A DNA stretch of 63,613 nt, counting the filler, from Reclinomonas americana ATCC 50394 (taxonomy: Eukaryota): the NCBI GenBank assembly GCA_048213135.1. It is 22 parts of 22 records of this genome, joined end to end, with 100 filler letters (N's around TTAATTAATTAA, not from the genome) between each part and the next. Parts side by side here need not be neighbours in the genome. Positions count along the whole stretch, not along the records: positions 23,087 to 27,112 come from AFZH01018567.1; positions 27,213 to 28,916 come from AFZH01018568.1; positions 29,017 to 32,503 come from AFZH01018569.1; positions 32,604 to 35,994 come from AFZH01018570.1; 18 more parts are not named here. One strand, given 5' to 3'. A model generated the notes under the pieces. That model worked only from the letters and a program-made list of their open reading frames with translations, did not search any database and was not told the DNA's origin. Position 1 is the stretch's first letter. Every line of letters begins with the position of its first letter. A program made the translations under genes and the position numbers. Shown here piece after piece: positions 24,983-35,673 of this stretch.

Positions 24983-25981
24983 ATGGCATTCCTGTTTGCC
25001 GAAGCCCGCCGGCTTTTCAATGCCGGCGACTACACTGCGGCCGCCCCACTGCTCTCCCAATGCATCCGCGACCTTATCAAACTCAACAAGAATGGCGAGG
25101 AAGGAGGAGGAGGAGTGCGCGTACTCGAGGCCGCGCACGCCCTCGCCGCCTGCATGGCCAACACCAACGATCACGAGCGTGCTCTCCAGCTCCTCTCCGA
25201 GGTCCTTGCGCGTCGCCGGCTGCTGCTTGGCGACCACCATCGCGACACGTTGCTGTCGGCCTCCAGTGTCGGCGCCACTCTACGCGCACTTGGTCGCGCG
25301 ACAGAGGCCGTTGCGGTGCTGCAGGAGACGCTGGAGAGGCAGAGGAGGGAGTTGTCGGCGGACGACGAGCAGACGTTGCGGACGCAGCAGTGCTTGGCGG
25401 TGGCGTTGAGTGAGTGTGGAGAGGTGGAGGAGGCGGTGCGAGTGGGACGGGATCTGCTGCCGCGGCATCGGCGTGTGCTGGGCGAGGATCACGCGCATAC
25501 GCTAATGAGTGCGGTGAATCTGGCGGGGTGTGTGGCGAGGGTGGGTGAGGTGGTGGAGGCGCAGGCAATGTATGAGGAGGCGCTGATGAGGGGCAGGCGT
25601 GTGCTCGGTGAGGGGCATGAGTGGACGCGGCGCACTGTGTTGCTGGAGAATGGTGAGTTGTCTTGCTGGTTGCGCTCTCCTGTGTGTCGCTCACCACGTG
25701 TGTTGGCAGTGAGGACAGTGTCGTCGAGTGTCGCGGTGCAGACGGAGGAGGAGGAGCGAGAGGAGCGGGAGGATGTGACGCAGGTGCTGCTTCGCACGCA
25801 GCGTGAGCTGGAGGAGCAGCGGGCGAGGACGCACGAGTGGCAGCAGAGGGCGACGCAGCATGCGCAGGAGTTGGAGGCGCACCGTCGATTGCGGCACGAG
25901 AGCACGCCGGCGGGGGAGGAGGAGGAGCCGCAGCAGAGGCCGCGTAGTGATCGGCAGCGACTGGAGGCGGCGTATGCGTAG
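24983..25981 (+). CDS. TPR protein (kinesin-light-chain/TPR_12-like 42-aa repeats) with a coiled-coil tail
   Basis: Repeats RRLLLGDHHRDTLLSASSVG, RRELSADDEQTLRTQQCLA, RRVLGEDHAHTLMSAVNLA and RRVLGEGHEWT. Likely in-frame intron at 25653-25709. Confidence 0.85.
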   Translation: MAFLFAEARRLFNAGDYTAAAPLLSQCIRDLIKLNKNGEEGGGGVRVLEAAHALAACMANTNDHERALQLLSEVLARRRLLLGDHHRDTLLSASSVGATLRALGRATEAVAVLQETLERQRRELSADDEQTLRTQQCLAVALSECGEVEEAVRVGRDLLPRHRRVLGEDHAHTLMSAVNLAGCVARVGEVVEAQAMYEEALMRGRRVLGEGHEWTRRTVLLENGELSCWLRSPVCRSPRVLAVRTVSSSVAVQTEEEEREEREDVTQVLLRTQRELEEQRARTHEWQQRATQHAQELEAHRRLRHESTPAGEEEEPQQRPRSDRQRLEAAYA

Positions 25982-26459
25982 ACGCGCGAGGTGCGACAGC
26001 AGCAGAGAGATGTGGTGGCCACCGCGCCGACTGCAACTCGGCAAGCACGCCGCGGACGGATTGAGTTCCTCCGCCAGGCGGAGAAGAACAGCGACGACTG
26101 CGCCTTGATTGGAGTGAAGAGATGCTCTTCACATGATCACTTGTACCCTCGCCTCTGCCAGACATCTGCAGTCGAGGATCCGCATCGATCCCGTCGGCTT
26201 GTCCCGAGCTGGCAGAGCCATCGCCAAGGACCGCTGCGGGGAGTCGGCGATGCCAGACCGCTCGGGCAGATCCAACACCAACTGCGCCGATCGTCGCGAT
26301 CAGCAGCAGCTGAAACTGCTGTCATTCTTCCGAAACCGCCACTCTACGAGTTCTGCACCAACACAGCACGAGTTCGAAGCAACAGAGCACGTGTCGTCGC
26401 TTTGGACTCGCGTTCAGACGCCTTGCACTCTCCACAGTCTTCTCAGCCAGCAGCCAGGT

Positions 26460-27000
26460 CGCTGCGACGACTTGTTCGAAATTCGAAGCGCGGATGGCAA
26501 TCGAATCCCAACGTCTGCAGCTCGCATTGTTGACCAAAACTGCACATGCCCACGCTCCGGACGCCGGTGCAGACACAGGGAATGTACTTCTTTGCCTTCA
26601 TAGAACGCATCGGCGACTTGTTGGAAGCTCCGAATTCGAAATCGAAGTCGAAATCGAAAGTCCGACCTCAAGCAGGAGCGACTACAGCTCGACTTCTTGA
26701 ACAAAGCTGCTCATGCCCTCGCTCTGGACGCGGTTGCAGGCAAGGTATGCACTTCCTTGCCTTCATAGAACGCAGTGATGAACAACGCGTGTTCGGAAAA
26801 TCAAACGTCGCGTTCGAGCGACAAATCTTGATCAAACCTGCACATGCCCACGCTCCGGAAGCAGGCGTAGACGCAGGGAATGCACTTCCTTGCCTTCATA
26901 GAACGCAGTGACGATGTGTTCGAATTCGAATTCGGAAGTCAATCGTCTGAGCTCAAGCGACAAATCCTTGATCAATTCTACACGTGCCATCGTTCCGGAC
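26460..27000. repeat. Degenerate tandem repeat, about 3.5 copies of 130-170 nt
   Basis: Core (CA/CT)CATGCCC(A/T)CGCTC(C/T)GGA...CTTC(C/T)TTGCCTTCATAGAACGCA at about 26543, 26710 and 26841, with related TTCGAA-rich linkers. Confidence 0.8.
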
Positions 27001-27251
27001 GCGACTACAACAATACAGCGCACTTGCTCGTCACCAACGAGAAATCCAACAACCCAACAAAGAGCCCGTCCTACACACGTCCCGCAAATCAACTTTTGTG
27101 TCAATGCCACGCNNNNNNNNNNNNNNNNNNNNNNNNNNNNNNNNNNNNNNNNNNNNTTAATTAATTAANNNNNNNNNNNNNNNNNNNNNNNNNNNNNNNN
27201 NNNNNNNNNNNNTTCTATTGTGTACGTAGTACTAACTTTACCTTCGTCAGT

Positions 27252-27293
<42 letters not shown>

Positions 27294-27366
27294 TCCTTCG
27301 CTTTCCCCCTCTTATCTCCTTCGTGCCTGTCTTCTTTTATCTCACCCTTCCCTATTCTATCTGCAG

Positions 27367-28916
27367 AGATCCAAGGCCTCGACCCCGAGCAAATCTCCCG
27401 CTTTGTCGACTCTGGCGGCAACGTGCTCGTCATCACCGACGACACCGCCTCGGAGTACCTGCGTGAGGTGCGTCCCATTCCCCTCTGCCTCCCCTTCCCC
27501 CCGTCATTCCACTCACTCCCTCCCCCATCCCTCTACGCAGCTGGTGGGCGAGTGCGCTGGCGCGGAGCTCGACGACGCCGGCTACCGCGTCATTGACCAC
27601 GTGAACGCCTACACGGGCTTTGATGACGCGACAGGCGGCTCGGGGGCCAAGAAGGGCCGCAGGAAGGACGCCGAGCACCAGATTGTGCTCGCGCACGTCA
27701 TCAACGAGCTGAGCACGCTGGTGCCGGCGTCGTCGGCCCCGGTGGTGTACCGCGGCACAGCCATTGATGTGGATCGCAGCAACACGCTGGTGTCGGTGCT
27801 GTTGCGCGGCAGCGAGTTCTCCTACACGGGCTCGCCCGGCAAGGCCAAGCGTGTCGGTACCTCGTCCGGCATCGAGTTCGACACGCACCTGCGCAGCTCG
27901 GGCGACATGGCGCTGGCCATTAGCTTGCAGGCGCGCAATGGAGCGCGTGTGGTGGTCATGGCGTCGGTCGATGCCGTGTCGGATAAGTTTATGGATGCCA
28001 AGTTGGAGGAGTTGCGAATAGAGGGAAAGGCGGGGTGAGAGGGGAAAGGGAGGGCAACGGAGGGAGAAGGGTGGGCAACAGAGAGCAAGTCGTTACTTTT
28101 CCTGGCTTCGAGTCATGGTTCGCCGCCTCGATCTCTCGGTCTGTTGGTAGAGCTTGTTTGTGCGGACGCAAATCACTCCATCTCGACGTCTTGCTGTTTC
28201 TCTCTTTGATCATTTTGCGTCTCTTGATGCTTGCATCGTGTAGAGTGGAGAGCAGAGAGCAAGAGCTGCAACGGTTGACAGAGCTTGTTTGTGTGGACGC
28301 GCATTTGCGACATCTCGACCTCTTGTGTCATTGTTCTGTGACCTAGCTTCTCTCTTGAACATCGTACAACTGCGTTGGTTTTTGCATGGTTACAGAGTGG
28401 AGAGCATGAGTAAGGCATGAGGCCTTTCCTCACGTAGTCGCGTCATCTCGACCTCTTGCCCCTCTCGTTGCTCTCCCTCCGCTCTGCTCCTCTTGTTGCA
28501 CGTTCTCCGCTCTGCTCCTCTTTTTGCACATTATCTGCTCTGCTCCTCTCGTTGCGCTCCCTCCGCTCTGCTCCTCTCGTTGCACTCCCTCCGCTGTGCT
28601 CCTCTCGTGGTGATACGCTTCTCTTTCTGGTTCTCATCCCAAGGCGGCTCATATCTTCAGTACTGAGAGCGAGCGCCTTCCGCATTCCTTTCTCCGCTCT
28701 CTCTTCTCCCTTGTTTTCCTTCTCCCTTCTATACCTTCTCCCTTAATCTCACCCTTCCCCCTCCTCATCGCGCAGTGGCCGCGACGCCGGCAACCGCGCC
28801 TTCACCGAGAACCTCATCGACTGGTCCTTCCGCCAACGCGGTGTGCTGCGCATTGCGCGCGTGCACCACCAGCTCGTCGGCAAGGATCGCGCCCCGGAGG
28901 ACGGCTACCGCATTGG
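27367..28916 (+). CDS. WBP1: Oligosaccharyltransferase 48-kDa subunit (OST48/DDOST/Wbp1), partial
   Basis: ISRFVDSGGNVLV, RVIDHVN, LAISLQARNGARVVVMASVDAVSDKF and GNRAFTENLIDWSFRQRGVLRIARVHH. Exons at 27367-27467, 27541-about 28034 and 28776-28916. Confidence 0.93.
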
Positions 28917-29250
28917 NNNNNNNNNNNNNNNNNNNNNNNNNNNNNNNNNNNNNNNNNNNNTTAATTAATTAANNNNNNNNNNNNNNNNNNNNNNNNNNNN
29001 NNNNNNNNNNNNNNNNTTGTGTCAGAGGTGAGTGCAAAGAGAGAGAGAGGGAGGGAGGGAGTGTGTGTTTTGTCGGGGAAATGGCCGACTGTGACAGAGA
29101 GAGACGCGCGTGTGTTTGTGTGAGAGAGAGTGTGTGAGAGTGTGAGTGTGTGTGTGAGAGAGAGAGAGCTGCAGTCTGCACACGCACGCACAGTTGTGCG
29201 TCTTGCATAAAGTCAGACACATACAGTATGTGAATGTGTGTATGTATGTA

Positions 29251-29287
<37 letters not shown>

Positions 29288-29506
29288 CTGCAGTCTGCGC
29301 GTACTTGCGCTCACTCTTGCATCTTGCATAAAGTCAGACACAGTGTGAATGAATGTGAGTGAGTGAGTGAGACGAGTGCATGCGAGGAGAGACATCCGAA
29401 TTCCAAGAGATCACCGTCGTCTGCATGATAATATCTTGCCCCCTATCTCCCTTTCCCTTCCCCTTCCCCTCACTTCTCCTCCCCCGCTCTCTCTCCCCAC
29501 TTCTCT

Positions 29507-29537
<31 letters not shown>

Positions 29538-29640
29538 TCCCACTTGAGGGAGGCGATCGCACGTCTGCATGAAACCATCAATTCTCTCCCTCCCTTTCCT
29601 CCCTTCTCCTCACCCCCTTTCCCCTTCTCCCTCCTCGCAG

Positions 29641-31886
29641 TTCGTGGTCCCCACCGTATCGGGCACCTTTGGCCGCTACGAGTCCTTTGACGTACTGCAA
29701 TCATCGCCGCCCTTTTTCTTCACCTTTGCCTTGCCGCCCATGCGTCAGTCGGCGGCCGACGAAAGCGGCGCCACGTCGGAGGTGACGCAAGGACCGCGGG
29801 AGATGTACGGCTACACGATTGTGTTTACGTTGCACCGAGAGGGTGGCAGCGGCGGTGGCGGTAGTGGCGAGGATGACGGATCGGACTGCACGGGCTCATT
29901 TGCGCTGTGCATGGTCTCCGAGTCGCCGTTCTACAGTCTGTACAAGCGTGTGCACGAGAAGGCCATGGAGAAGATTATTGCGGACGTGGGTGCGTGCGGC
30001 ACGTTCTCGTGGGATGCGCTGGTGGGCATTGCGGAGGCGGTCGACGCTGGCGTGCGACAGTGGCGCGGACCCGACCCGTCGGTGTTGCTCGAGAGGGGAT
30101 ATGTTGCGCGCACATTTTTGGCGAATTAGAGTTTCATTCTTATCTCGCTCACTCACACACTCTTTCCCTATCTGGCAGCTGTTCCCTGTCCATCTGCTCT
30201 TCCTGCGCCTGTCGGCCGAGCAGATTGTCAAGGTGCTGGGCGAGTGCTTGAGCGAGCGCACGGTGATTTTGTGCTCGCGCGATCGTGCGTCGGCCGCCAT
30301 TGCCGTCCACGCGCTCCGGTCGCTGCTGCAGCCGTTTGGCTGGCCTCATGTCGTTGCGTTGGAAGGGCGGAGAGGGAAGGAGAAGGGAATGGGAGAGGGG
30401 GGTGAGGGGAAGAGAGTGAGAGAGGACTTTTTCTTCTCCGTCACACCTTTCACTCTCTCTCTCTCTCGCACAATCACTCTCTCAGCATGCATATCGTCAC
30501 TGACTGTAATCAACGAACACTGAGAGCTGCGTCTCCCTCCACTTTTCCTTGCCATCCTTCCCCCCTTCCCCCTTCACCCTCTGTTCTCCTTTTCCTCACC
30601 CCCTTTCCCTCCACAGTTCTTCCCCTGCCTCCCCGCCTCGATGGTCGACGTGTTCCGCGGCCTCAGCCCAGTGCTGTGCGGCTGCGACTTTGACGTGCTG
30701 GCCGCCCTGCCGAAGCAGCAACGCCCGCTGGTGTTTGTCAACCTGGACGACTCACAAATCTTCCGCATCGATGTGTCGGGCCCGAAGATTGTCATTCAGG
30801 GCGAGTTCACCTCATGCTTGCCGCAGCAGTACGCTGCCGAGCTGGCGTCCGAGTTGCGCGCGGCCCTGCAACAGGACCTCGCCTCATGCCACCCGGTCAG
30901 TAGCTGTGGCGCACAGGCTGTTTGTTGTTGTCACAGATGTGCATCTCACCTCTTCTCCTTTTGCAGGCCGTTCAGCAGCGCGGAATCGACGAGGGCAATG
31001 TGACGATTCACTTTGATGGTGCGTCGGTGTGGGAAGAGAGATAATAGATGCGCGTGACTGTGCGCTCACCTGCGTGTCACAGTGCCGTCGCATCAAGTGT
31101 TTACGGTGGCACGCAAGAGACTGGAACTCCTCGGCCAGGCCATGGTCGATCAGTACGATGCCACGGCGCGCAGCCTCCGCTCTGGCATTCTGCCTGTGGA
31201 TGTGCGTGTGGTGTGCACTCTCCATGGGCAATCGCGGCAATCAATCCTCACTCTCTCGTCTGTTTGTGTGTTGCAGGAGTTTACCACCAATTTTGTGACC
31301 TCGACATTGTATCGCGTCTTTGTGATGCAGCGCCAGTACGAGGATGCCAACCCGCCGCACCACGATTCCGGTGAGTGCTCCGCACACGGGAAGGCACTGT
31401 GGATTTCAAGTCTTGCTCACTCCCTTTTTCCACGTTCGCAGCCATGCTGGAGATCGACTGGAACGACAGTCTGCGCAGTGTGGTGGATCGCCGTGTTCCC
31501 GATCACATGCTGGAGCCGGACGAGGCGTTTATCACCAGCGTCAACCAGGCGTCGAGTCCACTCGGTCACGTTGTGCAGAGCTCGTCTGCCAATGGGTCGC
31601 CGCCGTCGGCCACCAGTCCAGGTACGTCGCGAGGATACCTCTTAGTTTCGTGACTGTATTTTATGTTGCTTACTTTATTATTGTGCTTTCGGCAGGCCAA
31701 GAGCAGTCGGACGAGATGAAGCGCATCGAGGCGCAGTTTGCCGACCTCAACTTGGGCGCCATCAGCTCCTCGTTTGGCACTCGCTCGCACGGTGTGACAG
31801 TGGTGCGACGCACCACAAATCGCGACGCCACCATCTACGATCACCTGCATCGCTACACGTACACGGGACTCTCGCAGCCGGCGTCG
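29641..31886 (+). CDS. DENN-domain protein (Rab GEF family), partial
   Basis: FFFTFAL...MYGYTIVF...ALCMVSESPFYSLY; LFLRLSAEQIVKVLGECLSERTVILCSRD...ALRSLLQPFGWPHV|FFPCLPASMVDVF...LVFVNLD; dDENN-like FTTNFVTSTLYRVFV. Confidence 0.88.
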
Positions 31887-32604
31887 GTGAGTGGTGGCAG
31901 AGGGAGAGAAATGGGAAAGGAAAGGGGTGCAAAGGGAAGGCGACAGAGAATGGGAAGGGAGGTCGGGGGTGAAGAGTAGGGAAGCGAAGGAAAGAAACAG
32001 AGAAATGGGAAGGGAGGTGGGGGAGGGAATAGTGGGGAAGCGACTGAGAAATGGGAGGAAATGGTGAAAAACGTGAGATGGAAATGTATCGACACAGAGA
32101 GAAGCGACTTTTGGGAGCATGTGTGTGTCATAGTGTATCTGTGTGCAAGAGAGTGTGTGAGCGTGTGAGGTGTGCATGATGCTGTGCGTTCTTCGCAGCT
32201 CCCTCCGTCTCTCTGTCCCCCCCCCCCGTTCTCTCTTTTCTTCTTTCCTTCTTTCAATGTTTGAAATGTCTCCCATTCTCCTTTCTGTCTCTCTCTATCC
32301 TCTCCTCCTTTCCCACTTTCCCCCCTCCTCTTTCCTTCTTTCAGTGTTTGAAATGTCTCCCGTTCTCTTTTCTGTCTCTCTATCCTCTCCTCGTCTCCCC
32401 CTTTCTACCCCTTTCTACCCCTTTCTCCCCCTTCCCCTTCTCCTCTCCTCCTTTCCCACTTTCCCCTTCCCCTTCCCCTTCTCCTCTCCTCCTTTCCCAC
32501 TTTNNNNNNNNNNNNNNNNNNNNNNNNNNNNNNNNNNNNNNNNNNNNTTAATTAATTAANNNNNNNNNNNNNNNNNNNNNNNNNNNNNNNNNNNNNNNNN
32601 NNNT

Positions 32605-35501
32605 GGTGCCGCGGCGTCGGCACCAGTCCGCGCCTTCTCGCCCGCTCGCATCTCCGAGTACAAGAGGCACCGCGATGCGCGTGAGGGCCGCTCGCACACG
32701 CCGACCAAGGCCGAGATGGAGGAGGAGGTGCAGGCCATGCAGCGCATGTACCTGGAGACACTCGGTCGCCTGCAGGACACCAACCGCGACGTGAAGAAGC
32801 TGAAGCTGATTGCCAGCCGCCAGGATCAGCTGGTGTCGGAGCTGAAGGAGAAGATTGAGCGCATCGAGTTCCAGGACGAGAAGGAGCGCCTGAACGAACT
32901 GGCCGGCCGCTCCGAACTCAAGCTGATCTCGGCGCGTCTGCGTGAGATTGACGAGCTGGTGCAGCGGGCGCAAATCAACTTTGAGGCCGAGCGTCAGGGG
33001 CGAATGGTGGCCATTGAGAGGTGAGGAGTTGAAGGGAAGGGATGGGAGGATGGAGAGGGCTCTGTTATTGATTGTTGCGCAGCATGCAAACGGAGCAAAA
33101 GCGCGACCGACAGGCCGCCAAGCGCCAGACCGACCTGCACGACAAGGAACTCGCCTGGCATCGCGTGGTGGAGCGCGAGTACGAGCGTCGCCTGTTTGAG
33201 AAGGAGGCGGAGCTGAGGGTGACGGGCGAGGAGCTCGATCACTTGCGCGACGAGGAGGTGTATCTGGAGGCGGAACTGCGCGAGCAGGAGCAGGATGCCT
33301 CGAAGATGTTTGGCGACGGCAGTGCGCCGAGCACCGGCACCTCAAAATTGCACGCGGCGCGCATTCTCATCACCAAGATTGCCTGTTGCGTGCAAGAAAG
33401 AGCGGGGCTATGCACGATTCCAGTACTCACTTTGTTGTTTCTTCTCCAACACCAGTCCGAGAGACCTCGCTGATGCGAACCAAGCAGCGTGCGGAGAAGA
33501 TGGAGCAGATTCTGCGCAACGCGTGCAAGGTGCTCGAATCCAAGATCGAGTGCCCGGCCAACACCTCGGAGGAGCTGTTGGGTGCTCTCGACCAGTTCCA
33601 CAACAAGAAGCTGCAGGTGGATCGTTTGCTCAGCGAGGCCTTGCGCCAGTACTTGCAATTCTTCGACTACGCCGCCGCCAACAAGGGCAAGAACGCGTAC
33701 ATTGTGTCGCGCGCGCAGCGTGTGAGCGAGTTTGTCGAGGAGCAGTCGCAAGTGCATCGCAAGCTGGCGGGCCAGCAGCTGCCGGCGCAGTTTGCCGGCT
33801 GCATGCGTCTCCTCACGGTGCTGTCGCAACAAGTCGACAGTCGAACACTGAGTGGCTCGGCATTGTCGAACTCGCGAATGGATGATTTTGACATGGGTGC
33901 GTGACGCGAGGCACAGTGCATGTTTCATCGCCACTGCGCTGACTCTTCTTATGTGTGTGTGTGTTTACAGATGTGGAGAGCTTTGTCAGTGGTGACACAC
34001 TGCCGTCGGCAAGAAATGCGTCGTATGCGAAGAGTCCGACGGCGGAGCAGGATCCGGCGGAGGCGGTGGCGAGGGCGCTGGTGACGGGGGGAGTCATGGT
34101 GTGTGAGGGGGATAAGTGGCAAAGGGAGGATGAGGGTGAAGGGATGAAGATGAAGGAAAGGGTGGATGAAGATGAAGAGAGGATGAAGGAGGTAGGTGGG
34201 CATGAACGAGAAGAGAGGATGAAGGTGAAGGGAGACAAGGAAGGAACGCGGAGGAGAAGACGAGGGAAGAGAGTTTCGGAAGACACAAGTAGACAGAGAA
34301 AGTGAGAGAAGAGAGAATTGAAGGGAGAAGCAATGCGGAGGAGAAAACGAGGGAAAAGTGGTTCGGAGGACATGCGCAGTCAAGCATGAACGAGAAGAGA
34401 GAATTGAAGGGAGAAGCAAGGAGACAAGGGAGGAATGCGGAGGAGAAGACGAGGGAAAAGTGGTTCGGAGGACATACGCAGTCAGAGTAAGTGAGAGAGT
34501 GATTTGAGAAAGTTGCGAGTTGCAAATTGCTGTAACGTTGGGTTTGTTGTAATCTGAGTAAGCAGAGAGCGTATGCGGTGCGGTGCATTTGTGTTTGCAG
34601 TGAGACTGTCTTCGGGCTCGAGCAAAGAGGTCGGCCTGATGTAAGCCTGACGGTGTTTGAGACAGTGGAGATTGAGAAGCTGCGATTGTTTGTGTGTTTG
34701 TGTGCCTGAAGGACTGTTGTTTACGGGCTTAAACACTTAGTTCATTGCTGTGAGTGTTCAGTGCTAGGCTCAAGAATGAGGCTGATGAGTGGAGGGAGAT
34801 TGGCAGATATGAGAAGCTTGATTCGTGGTGTATTTTTTGTTTGTCGTCGGGTTGGCTGTTTTGGGCTTTGTATTCGATGCTAGACTGTGGTTGTGAACAG
34901 AGTTTGCCATGATGGAAAGCCGTGATTGGTGTATCTGTGTTTGAAAGACTGTGTTGTATTCGTGCATGTTCAGAGAGCGTTGGTGCCGAGAGGCCGTGAT
35001 TGGTGTATTTAGAGCAGTAGTGCTTGATGTTCTATCTTGAGGCGTGAGCAGAGAATGCCAGAAATGAGAAGTTGTGATGTGTAGGTGTGTTTATAGTGAG
35101 TTTGTTTGTCTTAGTTTCTTTACCGACAGTGGTCACTATTCCGAAACAGAACGAACACAGTGCTGTTCTCTTTGCGCTCCTCTGGCGATCTCACTCGCTT
35201 GCTTCCCCCCACCTCGCAGCCCGCACACTCCCGCTCGAGATCATCGAGCTCGGTCTCACCCACCGGACACTTGCTGCCTGGCGCCGGCGCCACTCGGTCA
35301 CGCTCTGGCAGTGGCGCGTCGCCTGTGTCGTCGCTGGCGCAGCACCTGGGCGGTGCTGACACGCCGGCGGCTGCGGCTGGTGCGGAGAATCCGCTGGATT
35401 CACCCGGTCGTCAGTCACTGTCTCCGCGCTCGTCGCCGAAGGACATGGCGCGGACCAGGGCAAGGACGCGATCGGAGTACTCGTGGGCCGCGTGGTTCTG
35501 A
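32605..35501 (+). CDS. Coiled-coil and Ser-rich coding exons; possibly the C-terminus of the DENN protein
   Basis: E/K/R/Q-rich heptad exons at about 32605-33020, 33083-33330 and 33455-33897, with a Ser-rich last exon ending in TGA at 35501. Same strand as the open-ended DENN gene. Confidence 0.65.
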
Positions 35502-35673
35502 GTGCCGAAAAGAAGGGAGAAAACACGCAAATCCGCAACACTTTTTTATTGAGAGAAGAGGGTGATTTTTGTTTCTTGTCTTTCTGCTGCTGCTGCTGCG
35601 TCGCGTCGCGTGTGTACGTAATACAAGTTGGAGGTGGAGAAAATGAGCGCAAGAGGTAGTGTTTGATTGTTCA

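Noticed and set aside
25979..25981. Alternative genetic code (TAG as sense)
   Set aside because: Single case; long exons elsewhere contain no in-frame TAG/TAA, and TAA, TGA and TAG all appear to end genes.
26543..26910. CRISPR-like repeat-spacer array
   Set aside because: The repeats are about 65 nt and degenerate, the linkers are related to each other, there are no cas genes, and the context is eukaryotic.
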